Shown here: piece after piece, positions 38,683 to 51,700 of the stretch | Layout: every line of letters starts with the position of its first letter | Numbering within the stretch: the stretch's first letter is position 1 | NCBI GenBank assembly: GCA_002633005.1 | Contig: NMRA01000939.1 | Location: 27,356-91,355, forward strand | DNA from: Phoronis australis | Lineage: Eukaryota; Animalia; Phoronida | Direction of reading: 5' to 3' | DNA length: 64,000 nucleotides | Notes under the pieces: model-generated | Told to the model about the DNA's origin: nothing | Databases searched by the model: none | What the model saw: only the letters and a program-made list of their open reading frames with translations | Program-made: the position numbers and the translations under genes

Positions 38683-41600
38683 ATGTGAGTTTTTGTGATG
38701 TTCTGTTTCATTAACTTTTGATCATGAAATATTTGCTTGATTTACAAGATTCAAACTCGTTACTGTAAGTCCGTGAGTAATAACTGCTAATGTGCCTGTG
38801 TTCGTAGCTCCGGAGGTCAGTTTCGAGTCGTTTTTCTTGTCCTCCGGGCTCGCACGTTCTGCGCATTTGACGATTTGTTTGAGGATTCAAATGACAAATC
38901 TTGCTTCTGACGTTTAGCCAGCCAGCTAGCTGTATGAAGAGTAAGACTGTCGTCAAAATACAGCTAGGTACCACTGTGTATTTTTCTTCCATAGACCCCG
39001 AAATTGCACATAGCCAACTCGCCTTAAAATATCAAGAATCGTGTAGAGCTAAAGACTTGATGGGGTGCATGCAAAATCTGGTAATCAAACGACTCTCGCC
39101 TTGCCTGTTACAGCCGTTTAAGTGGAAAACAATCTAATAAACGTCATTTTCTTGGGTAATCCTCTGCCTTTTCGAACAAAGAAAAGTTATGTCGTCGTAT
39201 TGAAAACAGTACGCTAGTGACACGTGCACACGCCATTTCCTAAATTTTTGCGACATACCTCAGGAGATGATGATAGCTTGGTAGCAGCAAAATTTCTTCT
39301 AAAATTCGGTTTTTCGACATCAAAATTCTAAAAACTTATAATGAAGTGAAACCAGTTCCGATAATATGTTGTGACGTGTACCTCGTGAAAGAACAACAGT
39401 TGTTTGAAAATTCGGCGAAAAAAGAAACTGGCCAATAAGGTGATGCAATATTTCGTGGCACTGAAAGCCATCGCTAAAGATCGCTCCACAACATTAGCAG
39501 CAGAATAATGGTAAAACGTCATTTTTTCCAACACTGTTAAATAATACAGTTTACTCAAGGAAGACTGTAGTTTTTCTGACACTAATTTTGTGTCAGATTT
39601 TATCTTACCACTTTTTTACCCACATCGGCACCGCAAAGCTGTATATTTAGTGTACAGCTTTGTACCATGGCTAGCTTCTGTTCTTCTGTACAGTTGAGTA
39701 GAACTTATTTCTTTTTCAAGCACGCAACTTTCTAACTGATTCATTTTCGTTCTAATTAACACTGCATTTCGCCCTGTGTAGCTGGCTAAAAATGAAAATC
39801 TAATCGAGCCTCATACTCTGATGAGTATCATGGTAAAGAGTATTGGAAGACAGATTTAGAAATCTGTCTAAACTCTTGAATACCATAACAGTGGTTCATA
39901 AAACTTTATGTATGACATTTGTACGAGATAGGGTCACATGATACGAGTAAATGTACAAGTGTACAATTTAAGTACATTATTGTTTTACCAACAATTTGAA
40001 GAACTGATCGCGAGAAAAGCTTGTGTTTCAACAACAACAACAACAACAGAAGATGGAACAACAACTGTTGGCCCTGAGAAAACAGCATGGTATCGCTAAA
40101 GGAGCCGTCACGAGGCTGATCAACCATGGTATGAGCCCCTCATGAAAAACAAAGAAAACATTGATTCAATGCCTGAATTCAACCAGTGTCTAGACGCTGC
40201 TCGCAGCACACAGCATGTGTGACGTGCTTTTGGAAGACGATGTAGAAAAGGAAGAATCAAGCGAGTACAAACAGAGACTGCTTGGCTCGGCTCACAAGTT
40301 CATTACTTAAGTGCAGCAATAGGTGAATGAAGAAGATGCCGATCATTAAAATTCTCTTAAATCATAGAATTCTATTACCGTTACGACCAAGAACATCAAA
40401 AACAGTAGTGACTCAAGAAAATACTTCAGAGTTATATAGGGTTGGTCAACCCTAAAATTGCAGTTTTGATGGCATGTAGGCCTACTCGATTGATTTTGTC
40501 TCAAGTTGGTAATGGAAAGAGAATCCTACTGAGGTAATTAAGCAATATATCATTAGAGACCGATTTTATGAGAATTATAGGCCTTATTTGATTTTCATTT
40601 TTTGCCACCTAAATGGAGCAAAATGCAGCTTTAAAATTTAAAGTACAAATGATAAACCTGCACTGTCTTTTGGTTTACACCATGCGCTTACTGTTTTACA
40701 AATGATAAACCTGCACTGTCTTTTGATTTAGACCATGCGCTTACTGTTTTACAAATGATAAACCTGCACTGTCTTTTGATTTAGCCCATGCGCTTACTGT
40801 TTTACAAATGATAAACCTGCACTGTCTTTTGATTTAGCCCATTGTGCTTACTGTTTTACAAATGATAAACCTGCACTGTCTTTTGATTTAGCCCATTGTG
40901 CTTACTGTTTTACAAATGATAAACCTGCACTGTCTTTTGATTTAGCCCATGTGCTTACTGTTTTACAAATGATAAACCTGCACAGTCTTTTGATTTACCC
41001 CATGCGCTTACTGTTTTACAAATGATAAACCTGCACTGTCTTTTGATTTAGCCCATTGTGCTTACTGTTTTACAAATGATAAACCTGCACTGTCTTTTGA
41101 TTTAGCCCATGTGCTTACTGTTTTACAAATGATAAACCTGCACTGTCTTTTGATTTAGCCCATGTGCTTACTGCAGCCGCTTTACAATCAGTCTCATCCA
41201 TAGACATCTTAATACTAATGTGATCTCTATGGTCTCATCACTGTGTTCTTCCTTACTCAGATTAGGTATGATTTCTGGCATTAAAAATTAATTCTGCTCA
41301 TTTCGTGCCCCTTTATACTTTGTCATTAGGTTTGTACAAGAGCCACTGTGGTCAAGAAGCCTTTTATCAGGAGCACTGTAAAACAGATCAATTACCGCAT
41401 TACCATATACTTCACAGCAATAAAACACTGACTAAAATAAATTAATATGTCCTAGAATAAACCTGGTGATTTTTCAAACTGCTTGGCTTCTTTTTTACCA
41501 GAACAAATAGATCTAAAGTCCTTTTGTGGTATAGATCTTAATTACCGCATTACCAAATTTTTTACAGCTATAAAACACTAATTAAAATAAATTGATATAT

Positions 41601-44600
41601 CGTAGACTAAACCTGGTGATTTGTCAAACTGTGTGGCTTCTGAAATTGAATTTCTCATTTTTTACCAGAATAAATACGATGAAAATTGACCAATATAGAT
41701 ATTAGGTTTGGTTCTCTGAATTACTGCAGTAGATAATTGGCCTGCAAGTCCTGATGTCAGACAAAAGGGCGTGTGAACTGGGTTGATAACTGGGTTAAGA
41801 CTCAATTTGAAAACGGAATCGGGTGGTTTTTGTAATTGTCTTGAGAAGAACAGACAGGTCGTTTTTACTTCAGACGAGGTCCATGAAAGTGCTTGTCACT
41901 GCAGATTAGCGTTAATCACCAACATGAACGCTGTGTTTACAGATTTGACCACTAGGGTTCACTAGTGTCTCCAGACAGTGCATCCTTTGTGTTTCCAAGT
42001 ACGACCAACTAATTGCCTGCTAACTACTTTCCTTATCACTAAAGGCAGGAAGAGATAACCTGCTAAAGGTGCTTAAGTCATTTCAATTTCACAATGCTGT
42101 AAGAGACTGAGCAGTGCAAATGCACTGCCAGCTTGATTAATTCAGTGCGTGGCCTTGAATAATAATCAAAGTTCACCATGCCTTCTCAGTTAGATTTGCT
42201 AGTGCTTAAAAGGTGAAAACTTACCACCTGGAATCAATTTGATTTGTGCACCAGTGTAACCATGGTTAGCATGTTAGCCGGGAAGACATCAGGGCCACCT
42301 GGTTTAGTGAAACCATGCACTTTCAATTCAAACAAAGGAAAGAAACTTCTACATTGAATGTGGTGATGTTGCACTGGAAGTGTTCGGTTTGTAGTACATA
42401 TAGCTTTTAATTTTATAAAACCTCTGATCAATGTCATTAGAGAAATGGTCGACGACATGTATGATTTATTCTCATAGCATAATCAAGTAATGATGAAAAT
42501 AAAACAAGGCCAAGGGTGTTGCTCTCTTATCACAAATATGCATGTCTGGAAGTTAGAGAATATTAATTACCTAAACAAGTCTTGTGCATGTTATACTTGG
42601 GTCTATGGCCATATGGATGTATTGCAATAAATCTCTAGAAAATTACACAGCTATTGAATCTCTAGTTTAGTTGCTATTTCCTTTCAAATTTGGTATTATA
42701 TTTTGATACCAAAATAATCTTAATTGTTAAGAGTATTTTAGCCACTTGTTTTCCAGTCGATTCAAAATTTTAAAAGTTGTTTGTGTCAGGTGTTCGATAT
42801 TGTTAAGAAACTAAACATTTTTTTGCGATTAAGATTCCTGCACTTGCTTATGAACCATATTGTGTCCAAGAATCGAACTTTTGATTTTGTCTCAGCTTGT
42901 TTCTTACTAAGATCAGAAGTGATTTCTAGATTTGTAAAGAACTGGCAGTTCATTATTTGTTGAGACCATGCTCGGCGTATAAAATGACCTGCCGCAACAA
43001 GTCAAATCGTGGAGTCTAATCTTGAGCAATAACTCTCAGTTATTCTAAGTCTGGAATTTGACCCCAGTTTGACCTAGGAATTGTTTGAGGCCGATTTCAT
43101 AATTGATAGGTTGTCTAAGTCAAAAGTTGTTTCTTGTAATGGAAGCCAGGTTATAATCACTTGTCTTTAAAAGTTTCATCCATCTTTATTCTAATTATGC
43201 TAAGAAAACTCCACGAGAATCCCATACTCTGCTTAAGGCCTGTCAAGTCTCTCCAGGCACATAGTTGTTATCAGATGTAGATATGGCATAACCACATGAA
43301 CACACAACATGTACAAGGAGCAATTATCTACCTAACTATTGGAATCATTGTTGATGTAATAATACCTCTACTTCACACAAAAAGCCGAACTTAGATTAGC
43401 ATTCTTGATTATACCATGGGTTGTCCAAAGTGGTTCTTGTTTATATCTATTGACAATGTATAAAATGTGTCAGTGAAATGGGTGTATTTCTAATTAAATA
43501 AGATACCTATCTCTGCCAACTAATTTTATCTTTCATCTATATTAATCATATTTATAAAATAAAATTCTGAAAAACCAGGGATGGCCAAGAGGTGCTATTC
43601 TTTATTTGCTCTTCAATGCTCCTCCTCTGTCATTTCCATAGCACCATCCCTTGTTTCGGTCATGCAGTAATGTTTGTTACTTTTCTCATGTTTAGGAGCA
43701 ACGGATTACGTAGGGTAGCTAACAAACTGCTGACCTTGGTCGTTGTTAGAGAACCCACAAGAGTTCTGCTGGGAATGAAGAAGAGAGGCTTTGGAGTGGG
43801 CAAGTGGAATGGGTTTGGCGGTAAAGTTCATGTTGGTGAAACAATCGTGGAGGCTGCGAAAAGGTATCCATGTTTGTTTTGACTTTATGTATAATGACCT
43901 GTGGACATGGGGTCTGGGTTCCCCCAGATGAAGTATACTTGAAGCTGCGTTTTGCTCTGTTGAGCTGGCTAAAAAATAAAAATTAAGACTTTTACTCAGT
44001 ATAGTAAATATACAGATGCTGAGGTTGCCCAATAGTGCAATATATCAAGTATAACACAGAGAAGTCAGGAACCCCAACTGGGAATTGAACCACAGATTGG
44101 ATTGCCAGTCTAGTGCTCTTACCATTGAGTTACTGAGGACCCGATATCTGTGCAATTACTGTTTACAGTAAGAGCACTAGACCGGCAATTTAGAGACCTG
44201 TGGTTGGATTCCCAGTTAGGTTCCTGACTTTTCTGTGTTTATTTAATACCTTTTACTCAAGATTAATCTCGTAATACTCTGTACTATGACAGGCTTTGCA
44301 TTTCCATTTCTCGCAATAACGTCAAAACCATCAGCGACTCTAGAAACTGTTTCAGAGTTTATTGGGGTTTACCAATCTTACAATTGTGAATTCAAAAGCG
44401 GTGTCTATCCGCATTTCCTGTGACTGGAGTTGGTAATCAAAATAGAATCCTTAGATCACAGAAAAGAATATTATGAGACCGATTTTATAAGGGTAAACGG
44501 TCAAATTCGATTTTCTTTTTTAGTCAGCTCAACAGAGTGAAATACAGTAAGTTGTTTGTATTTAAAATCGTCATTTCTTCGTTTTTTGTTTATGCCAATC

Positions 44601-45731
44601 CCCACATTTTATTTTATATCGCATAGTATGGTAATTCTGATGTTGATTGCTCAGGGAATTAAAAGAGGAAACTACGATTGAAGTTGATGATTTGTCTGAA
44701 GTTGGTCTGCTGATGTTTGAGTTTGTTGGCGAAGAGCAACTGATGGAAGTTCATGTTTTCACGACTGAAAAATACACAGGAACACCGACGGAAACGGAAG
44801 GTAAAACATTATTTGGACATGTAAGACAAAGAACCTCGCAGTTTGTCTTGACAGTTTATCTCCAGGCAACAGCTCAAAAAACACGTAACTGACTCTCGTA
44901 TAGTCACTTAGAATTGCTCGGCATTCCACTTTACATATGTCATAATGGCCTTGTCTGTACACGAACCAATTACACACAATAAAGACGTTTTGAAATTGTC
45001 TTTAAATTTATTAGTATCGGTTGTTTTACGCCTTGTGATTTAACGGTAAAAATTCTCCAGCTTAGGACAGTGAAAATTTTTAAATTTAAATATTAATTTT
45101 TTTTGCTCTAGGTTGGAGCCCGTATCATATTTTAGAAATAGTCAATATTGGCTGTCAAAAGTTCAAGAATCACGAGAGAGACGAATTTAGCATTGGCAAC
45201 GATTTTCAACAATTCTCTGATGATATAAAATGCAGAATCTGGTATTTGAGAAACATGTTAAATGCCAAATTACGCAATGTCCCAATCTTCAGAATCAAGA
45301 AAACTCAATTTTCAGTATCCAAATTTTAGAGACTGCCCAAACTAGAAAATTTTCACTCTACTCAATTGTATCGTCTCTCCTAAAATTTTTGTGTTTCTTT
45401 GTGACAAATCATTTCAAAACATACAAAAACCGTCTATCCATAGCTGCTGGAGTAAAAGATGAATTTAATTGTTCAGTTTTTAGAAAAGGGCATGACTTTA
45501 ATTCATTTACAGCATTATTTGTTTGTTATTGTAGAGATGCGCCCCCAATGGTTTGACCTTGCAAGCATCCCCTATGACTTGATGTGGAAAGATGATATCT
45601 TGTGGTATCCATTGATGTTCAAGGGAGCAAAATTTGCTGGTTATTTCAAATTTGAAGGACATGATAAAATGCTTGAACACAATTTGTGTGAAGTAGACAC
45701 CATTGAGGGACAGTTTGCTCATTTGAGGTGA
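38683..45731 (+). CDS. NUDT1: 8-oxo-dGTPase / oxidized purine nucleoside triphosphate hydrolase (MTH1, Nudix family)
   Basis: Exons 38683-38684 (AT, inferred), 43696-43863, 44655-44800, 45535-45731. Peptide KLLTLVVV...[39 protein letters not shown] (Nudix box)...[15 protein letters not shown]...EEMRPQWF...MWKDD..WYPL is diagnostic for MTH1. Confidence 0.93.
39756..40634. mobile_element. TTAA-flanked TIR element (Kolobok-like MITE family; other copies ~43938-44552, ~54248-54592, ~61445-61772)
   Basis: Terminal ctgcatttcgccctgtgtagctggctaaaaatgaaaat and its reverse complement ending gcagctttaa; shared internal attctatt.ccgttac...aaccctaaaattgc with 61530-61650. Confidence 0.6.
40053..40335 (+). 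pseudogene. Decayed BEL/Pao-type LTR retrotransposon gag N-terminal fragment
   Basis: [24 protein letters not shown] followed by frameshifted helical segment [18 protein letters not shown]...FIT*VQQ*. Confidence 0.4.
40644..41173. repeat. ~53-54-bp tandem repeat
   Basis: tacaaatgataaacctgcactgtcttttgatttagcccatgtgcttactgttt, about 10 copies. Confidence 0.95.
44052..44240. mobile_element. Head-to-head inverted tRNA-like SINE dimer
   Basis: Minus arm tcagtaactcaatggtaagagcactagactggcaat...ggttcaattcccagttggggttcctgac; plus arm cagtaagagcactagaccggcaat...ggttggattcccagttaggttcctgac. Confidence 0.75.
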
Positions 45732-47235
45732 TTGATTTCTTGTATTAAATAACTGTTGCTATTGAAACTGATTGTTCAATTGACATTGTCTTTTATTACT
45801 CTTTCTAACAATTTTAATGGGAAAGGTCCTCCTTTCTCCTGTAGTTAAGAATACTACTTTGCAGTGGACATACGATTGCTATGAATTTGTTTTAGGTGGA
45901 GCTTGTTTGTGTCAAGAAGGATAAGATCTGTACCTGACACTGTGTGTTCCAATTTCGCTATGACTGCAGTAAAAACGTAGTAAAGCTCAGATGTGAGCAT
46001 GAGCTATGTCTATGATGGGCACTACTGGCATAAACAGGGTGCATAAGGGGCCATATCCCCGACCCCCCTCATCATAACAAATAACCCAAATCCGTCAACA
46101 GATTTTCAAATCATCGTTCCAAGGGTAACTTCTCTAGCAGAGAATGGTGAATGAATCTGTTACCACTGCTTTTCTTAGTCTTTAAGAAAATTTCTGGATC
46201 ATTTCCGTAGCAACGTTTTGACCTAAATTACCATTAGTGCAAAAATCAAATGTTATCCACTGGGACATGCTTAAAAGGATAGCAAACCTGGTTTTGACCT
46301 ATTTAGAGATACTAAAAACGACATTCCAGTCTAGTTCTCAGAGAGGAAATAATACTTTGTAACCTTGGACAACCCTCAAAAGTTTGGAGGAAATTTTGAA
46401 AACTCCTTTCAAAGTCCGGTAAAGCTGCAAGCCTTGCCTATGCTTTTAGCAAGTTACACAGCAACTGTGAGAGAAGACCACCCACCAGGGACCGTGATGT
46501 CCAATTTGTGAAATAGGTGTTATGAGTTTTTAGTTGATTCCTGCTTTTATCATTCAAGATTGACTGCAACGATGTATTAGCAGGTGACAGAATGAAGATT
46601 GGACAAAATTATCAAAACAGAAGAATGACTTTCATGGCCAATTCACTAGTAAATGGTGTTTTTAATGCCCTACTGGAGGATTTGCTTTTGTTTACATGAC
46701 TCTCTGGAAGAGTAGATATTCTAATTCCTCAGATTTTGGTAGGCCCCACAAATTAAGTACTCCCAGGGCCCATAAGTTCTGAGGGGGAACGGTTCCAGTC
46801 CAGTTCATGTTGTCTGTGGGTGTCTAGGTTCTGAGCTACTTCAAGATATATGTTCAAGTTGTCTTGAAAGTCAACGATATGTGTCACAAATTGTCATATT
46901 GTGTAAAGTGCGTTAGATTTTACCATTTGTTTGTAGATATCAGCTGCATAGCATGAAGTGTGAATTATAAAAGACTGCTGGGGTCATACCTTGGGTGTCT
47001 GTTTTACCAGTCAAAGTCCTATTTTGATATAAGTAGCTGACTGCATTTCAAAAAATTGATGTTTGGTAGCAACGTTTTGCGACTCCTAAGTAGGCTTATG
47101 TAAAAAATTGAATATTTTCCTATGTCTCTTTGACAGGAGCTCCGATTTAGTGCCGACTTATATAAGTGTAAGCCAGCTGAATATCCCTTAGGAACACAGA
47201 TAATGTCCTTGTCCTTATATTGGAACCAAAACCTG

Positions 47236-47520
47236 TCATTTTGGTTGTTGACACTTTGACACTTTTCGTGCGTGAAAGTAGTGCCCACTAGTCAATTTCA
47301 TTTTGGTTGTTGACACTTTTGGCGCATAAAAGTAACAGTGCCCACTGGTCAGTTTCATTTTGGTTGTTGACACTTTGACACTTTCGGTGCGTGAGATTAA
47401 CAGTGCCCAGTAGTCAGTTTCATTTTGGTTGTTGACACTTTTGGTGCGTGAAAGTAACAGTGCCCACTTGAAAGTAACAGTGCCCACGTGAAAATAACAG
47501 TGCCCACTAGTCAGTTTCTT
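47236..47520. repeat. Degenerate ~55-63-bp tandem repeat
   Basis: tcattttggttgttgacacttt...aaagtaacagtgcccact repeated about 4 times plus short sub-repeats. Confidence 0.85.
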
Positions 47521-48705
47521 TTGTCGCGTTTATGCTTTTCACTATCTGCTTCAGGGCGGCAAGGCTCCTATCATGCTATAGAAGTCCGTGATCATACCTA
47601 GTGGTTGTGCCAGGGCTTGTTCTGTTCAATCGTTGAACGTGGAACAGAAAATGCGAATGGTCTTAATCCATGAACTTGTTTATTGGAGACGAATCGCTTA
47701 AATTAACATAAAATTTAAATCAAATTTCGTGGATAAACTGCAACATAATCAAAAACAATTAGACCTACACTATCGATGATATTGATCCCTCACTTGGAAA
47801 ACCAGCTTTTTTCATTTTTTGTCAGATATTTTATAGACAGGCATCATCGCATTACTTTTTCAGCGAATCTCGAAGCTAGTTTGTGTGGACAGATGAGTAC
47901 CTTTAATGACAGTTAATATATTAAATGCACAGCAGACGACTGAATCTAGCTTGACGCCACTCCAGTTACGAATAATCAGATCAAGCGGAAGTCGCAACAA
48001 TCAAGTTACCAGCGGCTAGTTTTACTGTTTGAGGCTACTCTGGATTTTATTGCCAAGTCTATGTATTAAGCCAAATATTTACAAACTCTAAATTCAAACT
48101 GACCACAAAAACCATCGTATTTTCTGTAAGTAGAATTTGATTTTTGACCTTTTCCCAAACTGCTATTGATTGAGTCACGCGACCTCATCTTTTGGTGACA
48201 TTTGCAGAAAAGAAAGGTACTTAACATAACCAATTTTTTACTTGGTAAAAATATTCAAGATGAGATCTAAAAACGCTATTTCAGTCTACTAAAATTTCAT
48301 ATCGTTTTCGTTTCATAAAATTTTACGGACTTTTTTATTGTCCATCTTGTAAAAGTGGAAAATTTTTAAAATAAATCCTAACGGCGTTTTGGATGGAAAT
48401 CCGATTCCCCCATTTCCGAGACATGAATATTCAAAGTCAGCTTGATTTGGCCATTTTTGTAGTGTCCTACATCTTAAAGAATCAATGAACGCATTCGATC
48501 TGGGGTGTCATCACGTGCTATTAGAAACGCTAACTTTCCGTATTAAAAAAATCACGTATTTCACCCCAAAACGTGCCAAAACAATGTTTTTCAAAGATGG
48601 CGCTATACATTGGGCTTTTGCAATTCACATGTTTCAAAGTTGGCGGTATGAATATTCCTTATGTATAATATCGTGTATATTGTGTCAAAAAATTCCTGAC
48701 AAAAG

Positions 48706-51700
48706 CTACGCGTTTACAATTTCGTCCTCTTTCACACTGTTGTTGTTATCATTTTCGTCGAGATCAGGTATTTCGTTTTGTTCTTGTTGGTCTTTCTTCT
48801 GGTCCTCTGTTAACGTTTCCACGTGGTATCCAGTGACGCAACCCGGCTGTACATCAAGTCGACCACAAAAATGGCATGTCTAAAATACATAGGACAGAGG
48901 ATGTAAATAAATCAAGAATCTAAACCCGTGAAATTAAATATTAATATCAACAGTCAATTCGAAACCGGGTGCCTGGGCTTTTTGGCGATTTGAGTATAAA
49001 CTGAAATATTCCATACTGCGTCCGATCTCATCTCGAATATCACCCTTACTCGCCAAATGCGACTTCAACTTGCCAAAATTCCTAGATAGTCTCCACCACA
49101 GTTTCAGAACGGCGAAGGTCATAACCATTTCTGGTGAAATCGCTTGGCAGGCTGTCGGATGCGCATTTCGTGACCGCTTTTGCGACTATCTTCGCAGTAT
49201 GTTTTTCTTGTATCAGATGTTTCATCTTGTAATTAATTTATGGCATTTATAAGTCAACCTTGCTCTCTCCCGCTATCATTGAAAACGGGCTTCAGATATC
49301 ACGGTAGGCAGATATGAACGACATCAATGTAGACTTCTCTTATTACGAAAATGGCGCTTGGTTGTAAAGTTATTGTACTTGAACGCTTAAATATTGATGT
49401 TTGTGTCGACATGAAATTTTAAAATTTATGCTCAAGTCAGAAGACCCACCGGCGGCCAGCTTTGAAGGCGGACACTAAATTCTGGTTGATTTTTTTTACC
49501 TCCACAGTAAGTGTTGTGCTTAAAAGACGGTACCATGCATTTACATCGTCAGTAAGTTCATTCGATGCCAAGTTCGTTCATTTCCGTGTGTCGTTCATTT
49601 GATGCCAAGTTCGTTCATTTCCGTGTGTCGATATCTTGTACATTACTACTAATTATGTGTACATTGTAACGCTTACGGAAAATGAAATGTGACATTAATG
49701 TGCGTGATCCCTCAGTATGCTTAATATTAGCCCTGTACGTCATGATTTTGACGACATCTAATAAAGAATGTGTTTAAAAAACGATAAGATGTCTTGGCAT
49801 TTGCTAGATATTCACAAAAACAAGATGATTTAGTTTTCGCCTAACACTACGTGGTGCACAATGTACATCTGTTTGATAACCGGACGTGTCGAGCGTTTCA
49901 AATTTTCTGTCAATTACATTAATTTGATTTGAGGCTTTGTCACCGGTTTCCTACTTTATAGTCTGCCAGAACAAAGATTGTGAGAGTGATATTGCCGTGA
50001 CATTTCCAAGTCGAATAGAACTTACCCCCTGTAGCAAAACCGTATGGACGGAGGAAGGAAACATGAAAAGGAAAGAATAATACATGACTAGTTATGTTTT
50101 GACACACTGTTAGTTTCAGATCATCATGTTCGGAGCTCTACGGGGTCGGCGTGATATATTTCCACAAAAATTAATGAACGGTAGTAGACCCACCTTCCGT
50201 CAAAGATTAAGTTTTGTCTTAAGACAAATTAAAACTTGTCCTCTGCTCAGATTAGTTTCCTGGTTTAGGATGTACGTTACTACTTGAGATCAGCGTACTT
50301 TGCTAGTTCTTTCCTAAAGATGCAGAAATACTTCCTCATCCGAGCAAGGAACAAGCTGAGATCAATTTTTAAGTAATCTAAATCAAAAAGTGTTATTTGA
50401 CACTCGCAGGCTGAGTAGAGTTCAATAACCCCAGGACCTTGTTAAAGTCTTTCTAAAATCACGTGCTGTTATATGAAATACAGGCCATATCTTACTTTAT
50501 TTCGCGAAGTTTTGCCTTTTAGCGAGGTCCTCGTTACTGAACTATAACGGGGGGATTTGGGAACTTCAAAATGCAACTGCTTCGCTTCACATCGATGTTC
50601 TAAGCCCTCTACCGATACTTAACTAAAATAATTAAATTATACCGATAAAGCTAATCCGCCGTGGTAGGCTCATAGCATGCTCTAATCTCTGAAAAAGTAG
50701 ACCTTTTGCTATCAAAAAAACGTGAGGACTAAAAAAACGGGGTACCACCTTCAGGCTTGTGAACTGTGCGTCAGCGCCTTTTTAGTGGACTTTTGTCTCG
50801 TTTTCTCGGACTTTTTACCCTCTTCGCCAAATGATCGGTCGTGTTCTTGGCGGTTGGAATCTCGTAAATTCAGTAACATTAGTTTATTCGATTCAAAACC
50901 TCGCAGTACGAAAGGAAACGACTTATTTTTGTAACTTGCGAATAAATTGTTTGTTAAAAAAATATTTTTTGTATAAAATTTCAAAATACTCACTCCCTAT
51001 CGTCGTGATTTCCAGATGCGAAGACATGGAAAAGAAATGAAACGTGTTGAAAATAATACATGCAAGAAACACCAAATACAAGACATTATTAGAAATGGAA
51101 ACATGTTTACAATATCAGATTTGAATTCCATTTTTGACAAGACCGCAACCCTGTTCCTGTTGAATATATATCTGATTGCTTGTTTGACAACATTGTTTTA
51201 ACCAGATATCGCTCTATTTGAGCATATTTCGTTCATAGATAGGTTCATAGATAGTTATCACCAGTTCACTTGTTACTCTCTCAATCGTTTTTGGCTCGGC
51301 ATTTTCTCTGGGTTACTAATGAAAATTATACCTAAAGGATGTGTTGGATTAGTTTTGTTTTGTAAAGTAGTTGCTTTTCACTGGTCACTGTTCGATCCGT
51401 TGGGCCCCGTTTTACCAAAGGTAGTTAGATGTGCCTTGAGACGTTCGTATCATGAAATTTTATGATATATTGGCGTGATTTATGAAGGCCTGTTTCAACT
51501 CAAATGCGAAGTATGATCACGTTTACATCATTAGTAACGTTTCGCTCTGACTCGGTAAAAATACAGCTTCTCTATGTTGCAAACACGTGCTTACCACTGT
51601 CTGAGTTTCACGGGACAAACAAAACCTTTGACAATACAGTCTCCAGGAAAGTATTGAGATCTGAACAATTTCACTGATTACAAAAATCCTATCCAAGGTG

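Noticed and set aside
40644-41173. Regular repeats resembling a CRISPR array
   Set aside because: Whole unit repeats head-to-tail; no spacers and no cas genes.
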